From NCBI GenBank assembly GCA_977016875.1, contig CDRNST010000088.1, forward strand, positions 2,852,001 to 2,916,000: a stretch of 64,000 nucleotides of DNA, written 5' to 3'. The notes below the pieces were generated by a model. That model had not been told where the DNA came from, ran no database searches, and was given only the letters and a program-made list of their open reading frames with translations. The position numbers and the translations under genes were made by a program. Each line of letters begins with the position of its first letter. Positions within the stretch are counted from its first letter, which is position 1. Shown in pieces: positions 37,001 to 50,725 of the stretch. This stretch comes from Pavona decussata. Lineage: Eukaryota.

Positions 37001-40000
37001 TCGCGAAAGTGCAAACCGAGGAGCTCACTTATATCAAAGCAGAAACCGACTACAGAAACCCTCGAAGCCCATTGATTTGCCTAACATCAAACCAGACCCG
37101 AACATGCATGGAAATGAGTCCAAATATAGTACGCCCAGCACGACAGAATCACTTGCAGAGAAGTTGTTGGAAGCTCAGTTTATACAAAACCAACAGTTTC
37201 AGGCGTTGATTCAGCAACAGCAAGAGAGTACACTAGCCTTGACTCTACCTCAGCCAAACGTGCCCATCTTTAGTGGAAACCCAATTAACTATTGGTGGTT
37301 TATAAGAGCATTTGAAAATGTCATAGAGAAGAAAATGACAAGCGAGAGCGCCTGCCTTATTACCTGGTTTAGTACACTACCGGCGAGGTCCAAATCTCAC
37401 AAAGAGCTGTCTCACAATGAGAGATGAAGTAGGATACTGGGAGGCGCGAGATCTCCTGCAGAAGAGATATGGATCGAGCTACAGGATGGCAAGCGCCTAT
37501 GTAGATAAGCTAACAAGAGGGCCTGCTATAAAGGCTGAAGATGGAGATGCATTGAGAAGATTTTCAATTGTGCTGACGGGATGCAAGAACACCCTCAAAG
37601 AGATCGGCTATTTAAACAAACTAAAAAATCGGGACAAGCTTAAAACCATTGTCCAAAGGTTGCCATACAGACTGAGGCAGAAGTGGTGAGATGTGGCTGA
37701 TAACATCACAGAAAACCAAAACAGGGACATAACCATTGCAGATTCAAGTGACTTTGTCACTGCTTAAGCCAGAACAGCCACTCACGCCATATTCGGAGAC
37801 ATCTCAGGCCAAGCATCGTTGTCCCATGGAGGTCCCAAAGCAAAACAGAAATTTTCATCTCGGAAGACATCAACCTTCACCACCCAAGTCAATCATAGAT
37901 GTAATGACGCCAGGAAACAGCCGCACCAAGCAGAGCGCAAGTGTCCCCTCTGCAGCTCTAGTCACTGGCTATCACAATGCGATGGTTTCAAAGGAAAATC
38001 CTTAGCAGATAGGTGGCAATTTCGTTAAATCCAGAGGGCTGTGTGTTAATTGCCTCGTCGCCTGTCATTCAGCTAACTCTTGTACCAAGCAAAGATTCTG
38101 CAGAGCCACCGGGTGCAATAGTAATCATTCAAGCTACCTTCATCCTAGAAGCATGGGAGCAGCTGCTAATAAAAATGCTGGCAACCATGCACCACCTCAG
38201 CCCCAAACACCAAATCAAGAGAATGAACAGTCAGTTCTTAACGGCTATGTCGAATGACAAAATCATCATTCATCCGCTCCCAGCTTGGCATTACTTCCAG
38301 TGAAGGTCAAAGAACCAGGACGCGATTACATTATCAAAACTTATGCCTTTCTGGACAGCGGTTCCAACGTTTCTTTTTGTTCAGAAGAACTAGCCAGCCA
38401 CCTGGGCCATTCAGGGCACCAAACATCGCTAGCACTAACAACTATGGAAAAGGAAGATAGTAAAGCTATCACCAGTGTCATCAGTCTTGAAGTAATGGAC
38501 CTCGAGGAGGAAAATGCTGTTGAATTACCGCTTGTGTTCACAAGGCCGAAGTTACCCGTAACAGTAGAGAATGGAGCTCAGCAAGAAGATGTTGATCGTT
38601 GGCCACACCTTTAAAAAAATAAAATTAATGCAAAGGTGGGCTTGTTGGTTGGAAGCGACGCCCCTGAAATTCTTCGACCAAAGAAGGCGAGAGAAAGCTG
38701 TCGTAATGGCCCTTATGCTACAACAACGATATTTGGCTGGGTGGTCGACGGTCCTTTGGGTAGAACTCAGGACTTCGTCCAGTACACTGCCAACTTCATT
38801 AGAGCTGATGTGGAGCTTAGCAAGCAGTTCCGAAGTTACTGCAATATGGGATTTAATGATTCCGCATATGGTAGAAAACCTTCTCTGTCGCAGAATGCCA
38901 AACGTGCTCTGGAAATAATGCAAGAAACTGCAATGTTAGAGGATGGCCACTACACCATTGCGTTGCCATGGAAGGACGACCCACCGTGCCTTGAGAACAG
39001 AAGAGTCGCAGATCTCCGGCTCTGTTTGTTGAAGAAACGTCTATTGAAAGACCGCGATTTGTTAACGAAGCATAAGGCATGCATCGAAGACCTAATTCAG
39101 AAGGGTTATGCAGAGAAAGATCCACCCACTGAAATCAAAGGAAAAGCGTGGTACCTTCCCCATCAAGCTGTCTTTCATCCACCAAAATCAGAAAAGATTC
39201 ACGTTGTCTTTGACTGCTGTGCCAAGTACCGTGGAAATTTGTTAAATGATAAGCTCTTACAGGGGCCGGAAATCACGAACTCACTCGTCGGTGTGCTGAC
39301 TTGTTTTCGCCAAGAGTCTGTTGCCATGATGTCAGACGTCAAAGCCATGTTCCACAAAGTCAACGTGAATTCTGAAGATTGCAATGCGCTACGCTCCCTC
39401 TGGTGGCCAAATGGTGACCTAGCTTCGCAACCCGAAGGGCTTATGATGACAGTGCATTTGGTTGGAGGAGTGTCGTCACCCAGCTGCCCCAACTTCGCCC
39501 TTAGGAAAACAGCTGAAGACAATAAAGCAAGCTTCGATCCAGAAACAGTGCATACTGTGGAGCGTAATTTTTATGTTGATGACTGTTTGAAGTCTGTTGC
39601 ATCAGAGGAGAGTGCTATCCTCCTTGTTAAGGATCTCACAGAGCTTCTAAGCAAGGGCAGCTTTCGTCTTACGAAATGGCTGTCGAATTCTCACAAAGTT
39701 GTAGAGTCAATTCCAGAAACTGAACGGGCAACGGTAGTCAAGAGTTTAGATTTTGATCTCCCTGTCATTGAACAAGCACTCGAAGTCCATTTGCAGGTGT
39801 CCTCAGACACTTTCAGATTCAGTATCAGTATCAAGGATAGACCGGCTACTAGAAGAGGAATCTTCTCTGTGATCAGCTCATATGTATGACCCGCTCATAT
39901 TCATTGCTCCTTTTGTTCTTCCAGCTAAGATCATCCTGCAGGATCTCTGTAAGAAGAAGCTCGATTGGGACGATCATATCCCAGCAGAAGGCCTCACGTG

Positions 40001-43000
40001 CTGGCAGACATGGTAGAGTGAGGTACGGAAAGTAGAGCGATTCCGCGTAGATCGATGTTTCAAACCTTGCGACTTTGGTGAAGTTGCGTCATGTCAACTC
40101 CACTTCTTTTCTGATGCATCTCAATTGGCCTATGGTGCTGTAGCCTACCTAGGGATGGTCAACATGCATGGTAAAGTGCATTGTTCCTTTGTGATGGGGA
40201 AATCCAGATTAGCCCAACTGAAGCCTATCACAATACCAAGAATGGAATTGTCTGCTGCTGTGCTGTTTACCAGATTAGACCAGTTGATTTTAGAAGAAAT
40301 CGAGTACACTATTGATAGCTCCGTCTTCTGGACTGACAGTATGTGTGTGTTACGCTATGTAGAGAATGACGAGAGGAGGTATCAGACCTTTGTTGTCAAT
40401 CGGGTCTCTGCGATTCGCGAGCAATCATTGCCATCCCTGTGGAGGTACGTCGACACAAAGTTAAACCCTGCAGATGACGCCTCATGAGGAATATCCGCTG
40501 ATGATATTATTCAGTATACATGCTGGACTAAAGCTCCTGCCTTTCTTTGGCACGATGAAGCAACTTGGCCTAAGCTCCCAGCCGCCATGATTCGAGACCA
40601 GGTGGAGAACTTCGACCCAGAAGTCGTCAAAGCTTCTTTTGTTGGATTGGCTCACCCTAGTGTAATACAGATGGGCGAAGTTTTTGAGAGATTCTCCTGC
40701 TCTGCTGGTACAAGCTAAAGAAGTTTGTAGCCTGGATTCTACGATTTAAAATTGGTACCTGAGATGCGGTTACTAGAAGAAGGCAAGAAGGAGACCCATC
40801 ACACCAAACTGACAAGAAAGTCAGACCGTTGGATGTTGAAGAGATGGAGAATGCTGAAAGAGCAATAATCTAAGTAGTGCAAGCTCAAAGGTTCAATGAT
40901 GAGCTTTCATCCCTTAAGGGAGCAAAGAGAGAAATCAAGAAGTCAAGCAGTATTGTCAAAGTTGACCCAGTCCTTGTCGACGGCTTTCTGTGTGTTGGTG
41001 GTCACCTACAGAATTCGCCAATTCAGGAAAGGCACAAGCATCCTGCTATATTGCCCAAGGATCACCATGTCTCCCTCCTTATCGTGCACTACTACCACTC
41101 AATCAGCAGTCATTCTGGGCTTGAGCACACCCTCTCCTTGACCTGAGAGAAATATTGGGTTACCCAAGCAAGAGATTTGCTGCGCCTCCTGTGTTGATTG
41201 CAGAAAAAAACAAGCAGCGTGGGTCAGCAGAAAAATGGCCATCTTACCTGCTGACAGAGTTGCCCCGTCAGAGCCCCCTTTCAGCTATGTTGTTGGAGAT
41301 TGTTTTGGACCACTGGAAGTGCCACGAGGAAGAAGTACTGTAAAGATATATGGTGTATTGTTCACCTACATGATGGTACGAGCCATTCATGTTGACATTA
41401 TTCACAGTTTGGATACAGACTCTTTCCTGAACGCGTTGAGGCGGGTTATCGCAAGGATGGGACAGCCAAAGCAGATCCGGTCCGACAATGGTAGCAGTTT
41501 CGTAAGGGGTGAGAAAGACCTGCAAGAGGCAGTATGCGAATGGATTCAAGCTTTCCTCCTCGCGAAGAATATAAAGTGGATTTTTAACCCGCCCGCTGGC
41601 TCCCATCATGGAGGTGTATGGGAGTGCTGTATCCATACCGTACTGAAGGCAATGAAAGCTCTTCTCAAGGAGCAGCCCTTAGATGACGAAGGCCTCACCA
41701 CGCTAATGTGTGAAGCAGAAGCGATCATAAATGGACGGCCTTTCACTTAGTGTCAGACGACCCAAGAGACCCCGAGGCTCTGACTCCTAACCACCTCCTG
41801 CTTCTGCGTTCGGGACCTACTCTCGCCCCAGGTGTATTCTCCAAAGATGATTGCTATTCCCGGTGCAGATGGCGCCACACTCAGTACATGGCAGACGTGT
41901 TTTGGCGACGGTGGATGCGTGAGTATCTTCCCACGTTTCAAGAGAGACAAAAGTGGAACCACTTAAGCAGGAATTTTTACAGTTGGCAATGTTGTTCTTT
42001 TGCTAGATGAGAATCTACTGCGAAGCTCCTGGCCTCTAGGGCGTATCCTAGAAGTGTTTCCCAACCAGAATGATGGCCTAGTACGGAGTGTAAAAGTGAA
42101 GACGAGGACATCTGTTCTTGTGCGTCCTATTGACAAGATTGTGCTGTTAGAGGCTGCCTGAACATGAAACTTTGGAGAACTTTGCATGCATTTTGACATT
42201 TAGTTTATGTCTAGTTCATAACTATTGACGGAACGTTTCAAACCTTGTGGTTTGTATTTAAGTTAAAGGCTACAAGTTGTTTCTGCCTTAAAAGGGGCCG
42301 GAATGTTAGTTTTGAAATGCCTCTTTTGTTTTTGTACATTTCCTGTGTTTGCTCCTTTGCGTGTTACTGTTCATTTGTTTCATTTCAAATTGACACGTGA
42401 TGCAATAGTTGTCACTTTGGTCATTCCATAATTCAGTCTATTACGTAGGGTCATGTTTCCATTCGACTGCCACGTGTGGAGAGCATATTACTGTAACACA
42501 GTCGCTACTCGCTAGCTAGAATTCGCTACTGCTTTTTACGTTTTGAGGTGCTACAATTACCTATTTCAAGGAGGTAGACCAAAGTAAGTTACTTATATTG
42601 TTTATGCTCGGTTTATTCTATTATTTCATTTATCATTTGTCCATTTCTTGCAAAGATTTCTGTTTTGTTGTTTAAATGGTTAGTTAACCAATTAGATCAA
42701 TTACATAAGTATCGATTTCGTTTTTGTTGCTTTTAGTTCGAACTACAACCACAACCGCAATCACAATCATTGCCACAGCCACACATACGCATTTCAGCAA
42801 TCGCTTCCACAGTTACGATGGTATCGCTACAGTTCTGAAAGGTTATCAAGTATTTGTGATGCTATCTTCGTCAACTGTGATTCATTAGAGACATTAGAGA
42901 TTGGAACTTTGATCTCTGTTGTTGTGCGTTTGTATTAATACGCTCCGTAACCTTAGCTACTTCTATCCTGTGACCTGCAAAGGTCACATATACCAACTTT

Positions 43001-43203
43001 ATACTAACAGATATATTTCTTTAATCTGTTCTTGTCTTGGGCTTCTTGTTTTGTTTTTAATCACATCGGAAAAAAAAAGAGAGGAAGGATGTGAGATTAT
43101 TATGTAACGATGGCCCAAGATGGTCTCTGGACGTGATCTGACCTTGCATGCCCATAGTGTAGGAAATCTGAGAATAAAGGCATAAAACACTGCTTCTTGA
43201 ACA
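31026..43203 (+). mobile_element. Full-length decayed Ty3/Gypsy LTR retrotransposon
   Basis: LTRs 31026-31196 and 43090-43203 (TG...CA), TSD ACAGA, PBS TGGTGTCAGAAG, PPT before 43090. gag with CCHC knuckles, protease FQIDSG, RT, RNase H (QCDAS) and integrase over 31262-35410, with many stops. Confidence 0.95.
35471..42988 (+). mobile_element. Full-length decayed BEL/Pao LTR retrotransposon nested in the Gypsy 3' region
   Basis: LTRs 35471-36144 and 42304-42988, TSD TATAC. gag, protease AFLDSGS, RT FYVDD, RNase H FSDAS/WTDS, integrase SDNG, and Pao C-terminal LTPNHLL / W.LGRI motifs over 36332-42161. Confidence 0.95.
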
Positions 43204-43599
43204 ACAGATGCTCACGCCTCCGGCGGTCACTTCATTGCCCCCCTGTTACGAACAGGCTAGCTACAGCCTTGATTTTGTTGTAAAAAGTGGTATGTCATAG
43301 GAAGTGTACTTAGGAACCATCAAGAAAGGGAATAGGCAACCGTACATGTACTTCCCAAACCACTACCAACAGTGATCAGGAGAGAATCGAAGACAACACA
43401 CACGAAGACCTTTTACAATTGCTGCTGAGAAAGGATCGCAAAGATTCTATCAAGCTAGCCAATGAAGATAGGGTTTTCCATCGTTTTTGTATGGTTTTAC
43501 ACAGTAAGCAATTGCAATGCTGCACCTAACAAGTACAGGTTATAGATTTGAAAATCATCAATGAGTACAATTTTTGTCAATTTTATTTTATTATTATTT

Positions 43600-43850
43600 T
43601 TGTCAAGGTCTTATGAACCAATAATAAGAGCTCTGGTGATCACACCTTTGCCTGCTTTGGGCCATTCCTTTTGAACAAACTTTCTTTGGAAATACGGGCC
43701 AGTCCAAATGTTACTGTTTTTAAATCTAAGGTCAAATGATACCATTTTATTACACATATTTTTACTTTTGAGGTAAGCATTGTGCAAAGCGCTTTAAAAC
43801 ATTTTTATAATGTTAGCACTATATAAATTTAATTTATTATTACAATTTAT
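43600..43850 (+). mobile_element. L2-type LINE 3' end remnant
   Basis: GDHTFA..GP.L.NKL..EIR.S.....FKSKVK-type C-terminus followed by an aagcgcttt...gcactatataaat...(tta)n tail. Confidence 0.5.
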
Positions 43851-44771
43851 TATTAATTCTTGATACAACATTTCCATGCATTTGAGGAGCTGTGTGCCTC
43901 AAAAATCAATTCCATTGCAATGAGTTCAAGGTTGAATAATTTTTTTTTCAACAGACTGATGGGACTAACAATGGAATTAAAATTATAGGGGAGATGTATC
44001 CCCATTCTGCACAAGCTATCATCTAGAGACAATGTGGCATTTAAATTCCCTCCTAATTCCTTGGTTTTTTTTCCTGGGACTGAAGATGGCATTGAAGTTG
44101 TCCTGTGATGGGACTGAAGAGAGCATTGAACTTTATGCTGCTTTTATTTACAATGAGAAGTCACTGTTGGAAAAACGAATTCAAAGACTACGGCCCTGAA
44201 AACGTAGCAATGAATAAACTTAATTATAATTTATTTATCGTTACCACAAAGGTAAGCCAATTTGCACAAATTCAAAAACATTTCATATCTTTGAATTTTA
44301 TGGATTTTGTACACAAATCTACCTTTCTAGAATACAAAAGTCTAATACCTTCAAAGAAAATAACTCCATGATAAAAGTGAGCCATTTAGTTCATCTTTGC
44401 TGAAAGCTGGTTTCTTAGCACACGACTAATGTTTGCCTGGGTCAAATTAATTATTTTCATCAAAGTAAATAAGTATGGTTTGGGCAAGATAAACCGTTCT
44501 CCAAAAAAAAAAACAATTATTAACTAAAAATACATTCAAACAGCAACTTACGAATGGGAAAACATCCTCCATTCAGACAATTAAAAAAGTTGTTTAAAAG
44601 AAAAATTCATATAGTTGCTCACATACCAATCAGCTTTGCACTGGAGGAAAATGGCCAACACCAGTTTGACACAAAGAACTGGACGTTTTCCCAGGCTAAT
44701 ACATGTACATAAATTTGAGAAAATTAGGTAAGCCAAAATCAGTGTTTAGCCAATATAGAGTTAAGGCTAGA

Positions 44772-46260
44772 TGAAATCCAAAGCAACCTCAAGCAACTTG
44801 AAAGTACTGAGTCAGCTGCATTTTATCAACAAGACACTAAGCAATTAATTCAGGAAATAGCAGGCAATGACACTAAAGAACTGCAACAACTGTTAAAACT
44901 TCGTTTCTCCAACTGGGAAACATTGCCAAATGATGCTTTCGGAAAAGCCTTAATGCCTGATAGTATATTCTTGCCTAAAAGGCAAACTGACCTTGAAGCT
45001 AGAAAAGTCACTGGTGATGGTAACTGTCTTTATCACTCCATTTCTCTTATTCTTCTAGGCCACAAAATTCTCCATCTATTGTCTAGGCTACTCACTACAA
45101 TTGAGCTCTTTTTGCATCCTTCTTTTTATGCAGAACATCCTGATTTCCTTCCTCTCCTTTTGTTGTGTGATATCTCAGAAGACATAGTGTTTACACTTTG
45201 CCTTTCTAACACTGGAACAAAGATATGGGAAGACACAAAATCCAGAGAAGATGCAGAGCAGGCACATGGAGTGTTATGATGCACCTGATGGTACTGGCCA
45301 CTCTCGTTGGGAGACCAATTTCTTGCAGTCACTTTTCCATGGGGAAATCTCACTCCAAGAATACTGTACTGATGCTAGTCCAGCAATGATACTTTGGTCA
45401 AGAGATGGGAGTAGTAACACCAGCCTATCTGGTTGGTATCAGCCTAACCACTTTGTTCCTCCTGTTAGAAGTCACTGTGGTGCTACCAATCTTTGTGAAA
45501 AGAAGCCTTCTAAAGTGCAGCCCAGCAGAGCAAAGGATGCAGATGGACCCCTGGAAAAGGAGTATGAAAAGAAAAGAAAAAGGGAGTTCAAAGTACACTA
45601 GAAGGAGACATATCCATGGCTTGAACATGATGCCATTTAAGATGTACATGTTATGTTCTGCAAGGTGTGCAGAGAGTACACAAAACTGGCAGACACCACA
45701 AGCCCACTTCACAATTTAAGCACTGGTGGTATTGGTAAATACAGAAAACGTGAAATCTCAGAGTAGATCAGCACACCATCTCAACCAGGGTAAGGCTGTT
45801 GAGCCACTTCCTAATTTGATGAAAACTGCTCTCACTAAAGTTGATTGAGAAACTGAATGCAGATTACACAGGCTTTTAATGCTACCTTCTCTGCTGCCAG
45901 TGAAAGCTTGGCCTTCAGCAAATTTAAAGGACTCTGTAACTTACAGCAGAAGAATGGTCTTGATATGGGGAGCTAATGCAAACATGACAAGGCATTCAAG
46001 GATTTTGTAGAAAGCATAACAGCAGTTGAGAAGACCCAACGCCAGAAGTAAATTGAAGGATCTTGATTCCTGTGTGTATATTCAGATAGGTCAGCTGACA
46101 AAAGTATAACTTAATGCTCCTTGCAGATCTTGTGCCAGTTAAATCTGCTGATGCCACTGGAGTTACTGCTGCTATCCAGGAACATGGATGAAACAATGTT
46201 AAAGGAAAAATTGACTTGTTGTAACTTTGATGGAGCTAGCATTACGATGGAAAAAAAAAA
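44772..46260 (+). pseudogene. OTU/vertnin-like protease + TTF zinc finger + hAT (ZNF862-like) transposase remnant
   Basis: VTGDGNCLYHSIS and NHFVP (OTU Cys/His boxes), YPWL...MFCKVC (TTF finger), LAFSKF..LC.LQ.KNG, and ADATGV...NFDGAS. Many frameshifts. Confidence 0.7.
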
Positions 46261-48999
46261 GAAGAGTTGTAACACGTCTAGCAGAGCATCTGCACTGGCT
46301 GGGTGGTGCAAAAACAGAGATATGAACATTTAAATTCTTTGTCATCAACATAAGTGACAAATATAGAAGCCCACTTAAGATATTTTAAACATTCTCAGAT
46401 GGATCCATATGTAAAAAGTAAATGCCACGAATCATTAGCTCAGGCAACCAGCTGAGAGAATCTAAAACAGTGGTTTCTGTAATATTAATTTTTGTAGCAA
46501 CAGTTAACAATGCAAGTGTAGATAAGACGATCTAAGTATAACTTGGATCTAATGCCTGTGTATATCCAATAGCTTTAAGTCAAATATTTCATATCAAAAC
46601 ATCTTACTGTTTGATTCCCTTTTTTTCTCTTGTTCTTACAAATAATTAATGTGTATGGGCAAGTGAGGGAATGCCTTGGGAAAGTGGGGTATACTAGCCC
46701 TACTGAGTTGTTTGTAGGTAGCCCAATGATATTTGGATCTACATTTAACAGCTTTGGTGTGACGGAAGTCAAAATCGTGCATTCATTCACACAATTCACG
46801 TAAACTCTTGAAGCACTTGGCTGGCAAACCCTCACAAAATGCAGACTTCTACATCATAATGTTCTTATTTGTAAATATGTTAATGGACTGATTGATTTTG
46901 ATCTCAATATTTTAAGACAGCAAGAACAATTTTCGTCTTGCCAGAGTACAAAGGAAGTATGGCATTGTATTTTATGAAGGACTTGCCAAAAGCAAGGATC
47001 AAAATCCACCAATCACCAACAACCATGGATACACAGCCAGTCGACACCAACCACTTCTGAAGAGAACAGTACATCAGTGAAACATTACGGTCCACATCAC
47101 AATGACTCAATCCTGAAAAAAATGATTATTCAAACATTGTATCGTCATTTCAAACCACAGTGATTAACATCTTTCATGATATGACCATAATTGATTTTCC
47201 TGGTCAACATCTGACCTGATAAGAATGGTGATGGTGGTCAGTGGCACTTCCTTAAACTGTATAGCAAGTTGGAGCAAAGTCTGGCCATAGTCTTGTAATT
47301 CCTTTGTTCTTCCAACTGGTATGAGCGGTATGTGAGCCCCAAAGGCCCTGGTGTTATAAAGTTCAAGCTCCATGCTCACATGAACAGTACATGAATGAAA
47401 TTTTGTGAAGCACATAAAACAAAAGCTAACTCAGTGTTTTTCACGGTGCTGACAGTGCAAAATTAATGAAAGGGAAAAGACATGCTTGGAGCTTACATAC
47501 ATGGCGCAAAAGAAGAAAGCTTTATACACGGTACCCAGAGAAAGTTGGGAAAGACAACTTTTTCGGTAAGATAAACTTACAATGATTAGATTACAATTTA
47601 TAATCCACAAAGTTAAACGCTTGTTCTCCGTTTCTCTCATTTCTCTTATCACTACAGTGGTGTCATTCTAGGCATGTTAATAAGCTTACAGAGGGTAGTG
47701 TGTACCTTATCATCTGAAAGCTTCCATAAGCTTAAACTTAAGTTTAGGTTTCATGACATAGCATTGCATTTCAACCCAGTTTGGTTGTTGAACAACCGAA
47801 AAATCAACCCAGCTTGGTCGCATAAGAACAACTTACTACAAATGAAATAAGCACAGTGTCAAAAAAAAAAAACAGAACTACTGTAACAGTTCTTATCAGG
47901 ACAGTAACATTAATTTATTTTTCGACAATAAAAACACCCATTGTGGGTGTCAAGTGGTACCAATTATCTATTGCTCTATGTTGCTTTGTTAGACATTTGA
48001 CATCTTTCAACTAAAAACGCAAAGGCAATGACCCAGGATTCCTCCACTCTGTTTCACCTCTGCAAAAATCAGCCAAAACAAACAGACTACTGTGTGTGTT
48101 CTTTGCAGGCCTGTCCAGCAAAATTCACCAGAGTACTTGGGTTCAAAGAAAAAAAACATGAACAAGCTCTACATTACAACAAAACTGGGAGTCCCTTAAA
48201 GTTGGTGGGAGTATAAGAACAAGATGGCCAACTATTAATTAATCAAACAACCACAGTTATTCAAGTGAATGCAAGTAAGAAAAACTTTTGATTCAGTAAA
48301 TCTCCACCTCATGATGAGAAAAATACTATCACAAATGATCAACTTGGAACTGTCCCAGCTGATATCAACTAAGGTGACACACATAAACTAACCTGTAACC
48401 AGGGAGTTAATGTCATAGTAGTAATAACCCCAGGGGAGTTACCACCTTAGAAAGTCACAAAGCAAAATAGTCAAATAGGAAAGTCAAAGAGGACAGTGTC
48501 ATTGAGGATGACACTGGTTATTCAACAATCCATTTGTGGGCTGATATAATCACCAAAATTTAAACCCCTAAATTCTATAGTATAAAAGACATAAGAGTAA
48601 AGACCGTCTCTGGAAATACCAGAGAACAAACCCATTAAGACCCTAAGCTTCATCAAAACGAATCTGCACTCCTGCCCTGTAAGGATAAAGGCCCAGGCAT
48701 ATATTTCGGTGGACAGACCCACATTGGAATATACAGGTACATTATGTGTTGACCAGCCGATACAGGCACGAACAGGAACAACTTGGTAAACACAACAATC
48801 AAACTTCATTCAGGCTGTCGGGCCATGCTTTCTACACACACAACACACACTTGTCCACATGCGCAACACCGCTGACCAATTACAGCAGTTCTACCAACAT
48901 CACCCCTTTTCAAAAGAAACTTTTTACGCCTTAATATGTTTTCTGGACAAAAAAAAAAAGAAAATTAATAAATTCTTAACAGGAACAAGCCATGTTGGT

Positions 49000-49535
49000 T
49001 AACAATCTGAGCTGTGTCTCGCTCAGCATTTTCGATGATTAACTGTTCACTGTCAAAGGTCCAGCCTCTGTGGTGGGGGATTGGTAGACCATAAGGAGAC
49101 TTTTACATTGGCCTTTCAACTGGTGAAGGTGTGGATCCAACAGAACAATCAGGGGTCGGCACTGCTTCGACTGGTGTAGGAAGGGAAACAACAGGGCTGT
49201 CTGAAGTGGGCACTTCTTGCTGTCCGACAGCGGGCATGGCCTGTTGTGTAAGGTTGCTGATTAGATGAAAGCGAAGCCTCAGCAGGTCTTCGGTTGGTTC
49301 TATTCTGTCAACCAATCCCATTGGCGTTTTAATGAGGTATGAGCGTGGTCTCACCTCATTTAAGACCTCTCCAAAGTTCCACCTTTCACCCCGGTGATAA
49401 TCATTGGGTTTGCTATAAACAAATTGCCCAGGAACTATTGGCGCTAGCTCCTTACTCGCAGTTTTGTTAAAGTAGGATTTTGCTTTAGTTCTTCTGTCAA
49501 GATGCTCATTGCGCACCACCGTCACTGGTGGCACA
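49000..49535 (-). mobile_element. Gypsy pol C-terminal remnant
   Basis: KAKSYFNKTASKEL...GQFV...W..G.V....PRSYLIKT, matching the post-integrase tail of the other Gypsy copies here. Confidence 0.6.
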
Positions 49536-49540
49536 GACTT

Positions 49541-50725
49541 TGAGAAATAACTGACAGTTCATAGTCACGTGATTTGGACCACATGCTTTTGCAAGCTAGC
49601 TAGGTTTCAGTTTCTCATTACAATCTTGTATGATTCTCACATAGTTATGGTGGAATTTGAATCGATTATACAAGTTAAAACTGGTGCTGGACAAACTCTA
49701 AATAGTTGACATGGCACCCAACGTGGGGCGGTAAACACACAATCGACGAAATAAGCGAGGAATTAGCGCAGTCTCGTGCTTAACGTGGTGGTAATTGAAC
49801 TGTATTGATGAAGCTTGCGAACGAAGCACATGGTTTGCTGAAAGACAAGATCTTGAATCAACCACGATTGAAAACTATGGCTGAATCGTTAGTAGAGAAG
49901 TTGGAAATTGTGAAATCCCTCGACGAAGCGATTGTTGAAACGTGTAAGGTCGAAGACATCAAACTCAAAATAGAAGAATCGTACGAAATTAACGAAAGAG
50001 CGTTAGAAATACGACAAAGGATCATGGATGTGATACCCGCTGTCAAGACAGGCCCCGACAAGTCCAATAACAAGGAAATTTGTGGAAATAATGTGCATTG
50101 GTGTCTCTTGAATTGCCTCCTATTTCTGGAGATCAACACACAAATGAAACGTTAAATTTGGATTCTGGAAATCCCCAAGTCATGTACCGGCACGCTTGAA
50201 TGCTAACACAGTACATGCTGGAACCACGCAATTGTTGGGGAGCTCAAATGCGACTGTAGTACATCCTGCAAACACACAATCATTGGGGAGCACTGATGAT
50301 GCAGGTATGGTTCAACAAACTAACTTTAGCTCGTTAGCTAATCCAAAGGCAAAGTTACCAAAGCTCGTTCTACAAAAGTTTAGAGGTGAAATTACTCAAT
50401 TCCATTGACGTGAATCCTTATCTAAGCCTGATCGATAAATTCAATCATTTGCTCTTGTTGTTGGAAGGCCAAGCACGTGCACTATACAAGGATTGACTCA
50501 AACAGACGCAAATTATCAATCAGCTATTGAAATTTTGAAGAATCGTTTTGGAAGGCCCCAGAGCACAATTTCAACCCACATGGATGAGTTGCTGAAAATT
50601 CCTGGGTGTACTAGCTACAAGGCTTCACAGCTCAGATTCGTGTATGACAAGATTAGTGAAATGTGCGCGGTCTGGAGTCCCTTGGTGTCAGTTCTAGCCA
50701 GTATGGAAGCTTGTTTATTCCCGAT
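49541..50725 (+). mobile_element. BEL/Pao 5' fragment (LTR, tRNA-Lys PBS, gag)
   Basis: CA|TGGCACCCAACGTGGGGC PBS at 49712-49729; gag motifs KLPKLVLQKFRGE and TDANYQSAIEILKNRFG. Confidence 0.8.

Larger units (their letters stand above)
29829..43271 (+). mobile_element. hAT DNA transposon remnant with 5-bp TSD (hAT5-like), hosting LTR elements
   Basis: TIR CAAGGCAGTAGCTAG / CTAGCTACAGCCTTG; ATTTT on both flanks. hAT dimerisation motif ECSFSALRCL..W..ST...ERLSDL.ML.IH at 30486-30734. Confidence 0.8.

Noticed and set aside
46575-48934. Short ORFs from the six-frame track
   Set aside because: No recognisable motifs and mostly non-ATG starts; most likely spurious or unassignable exon remnants.
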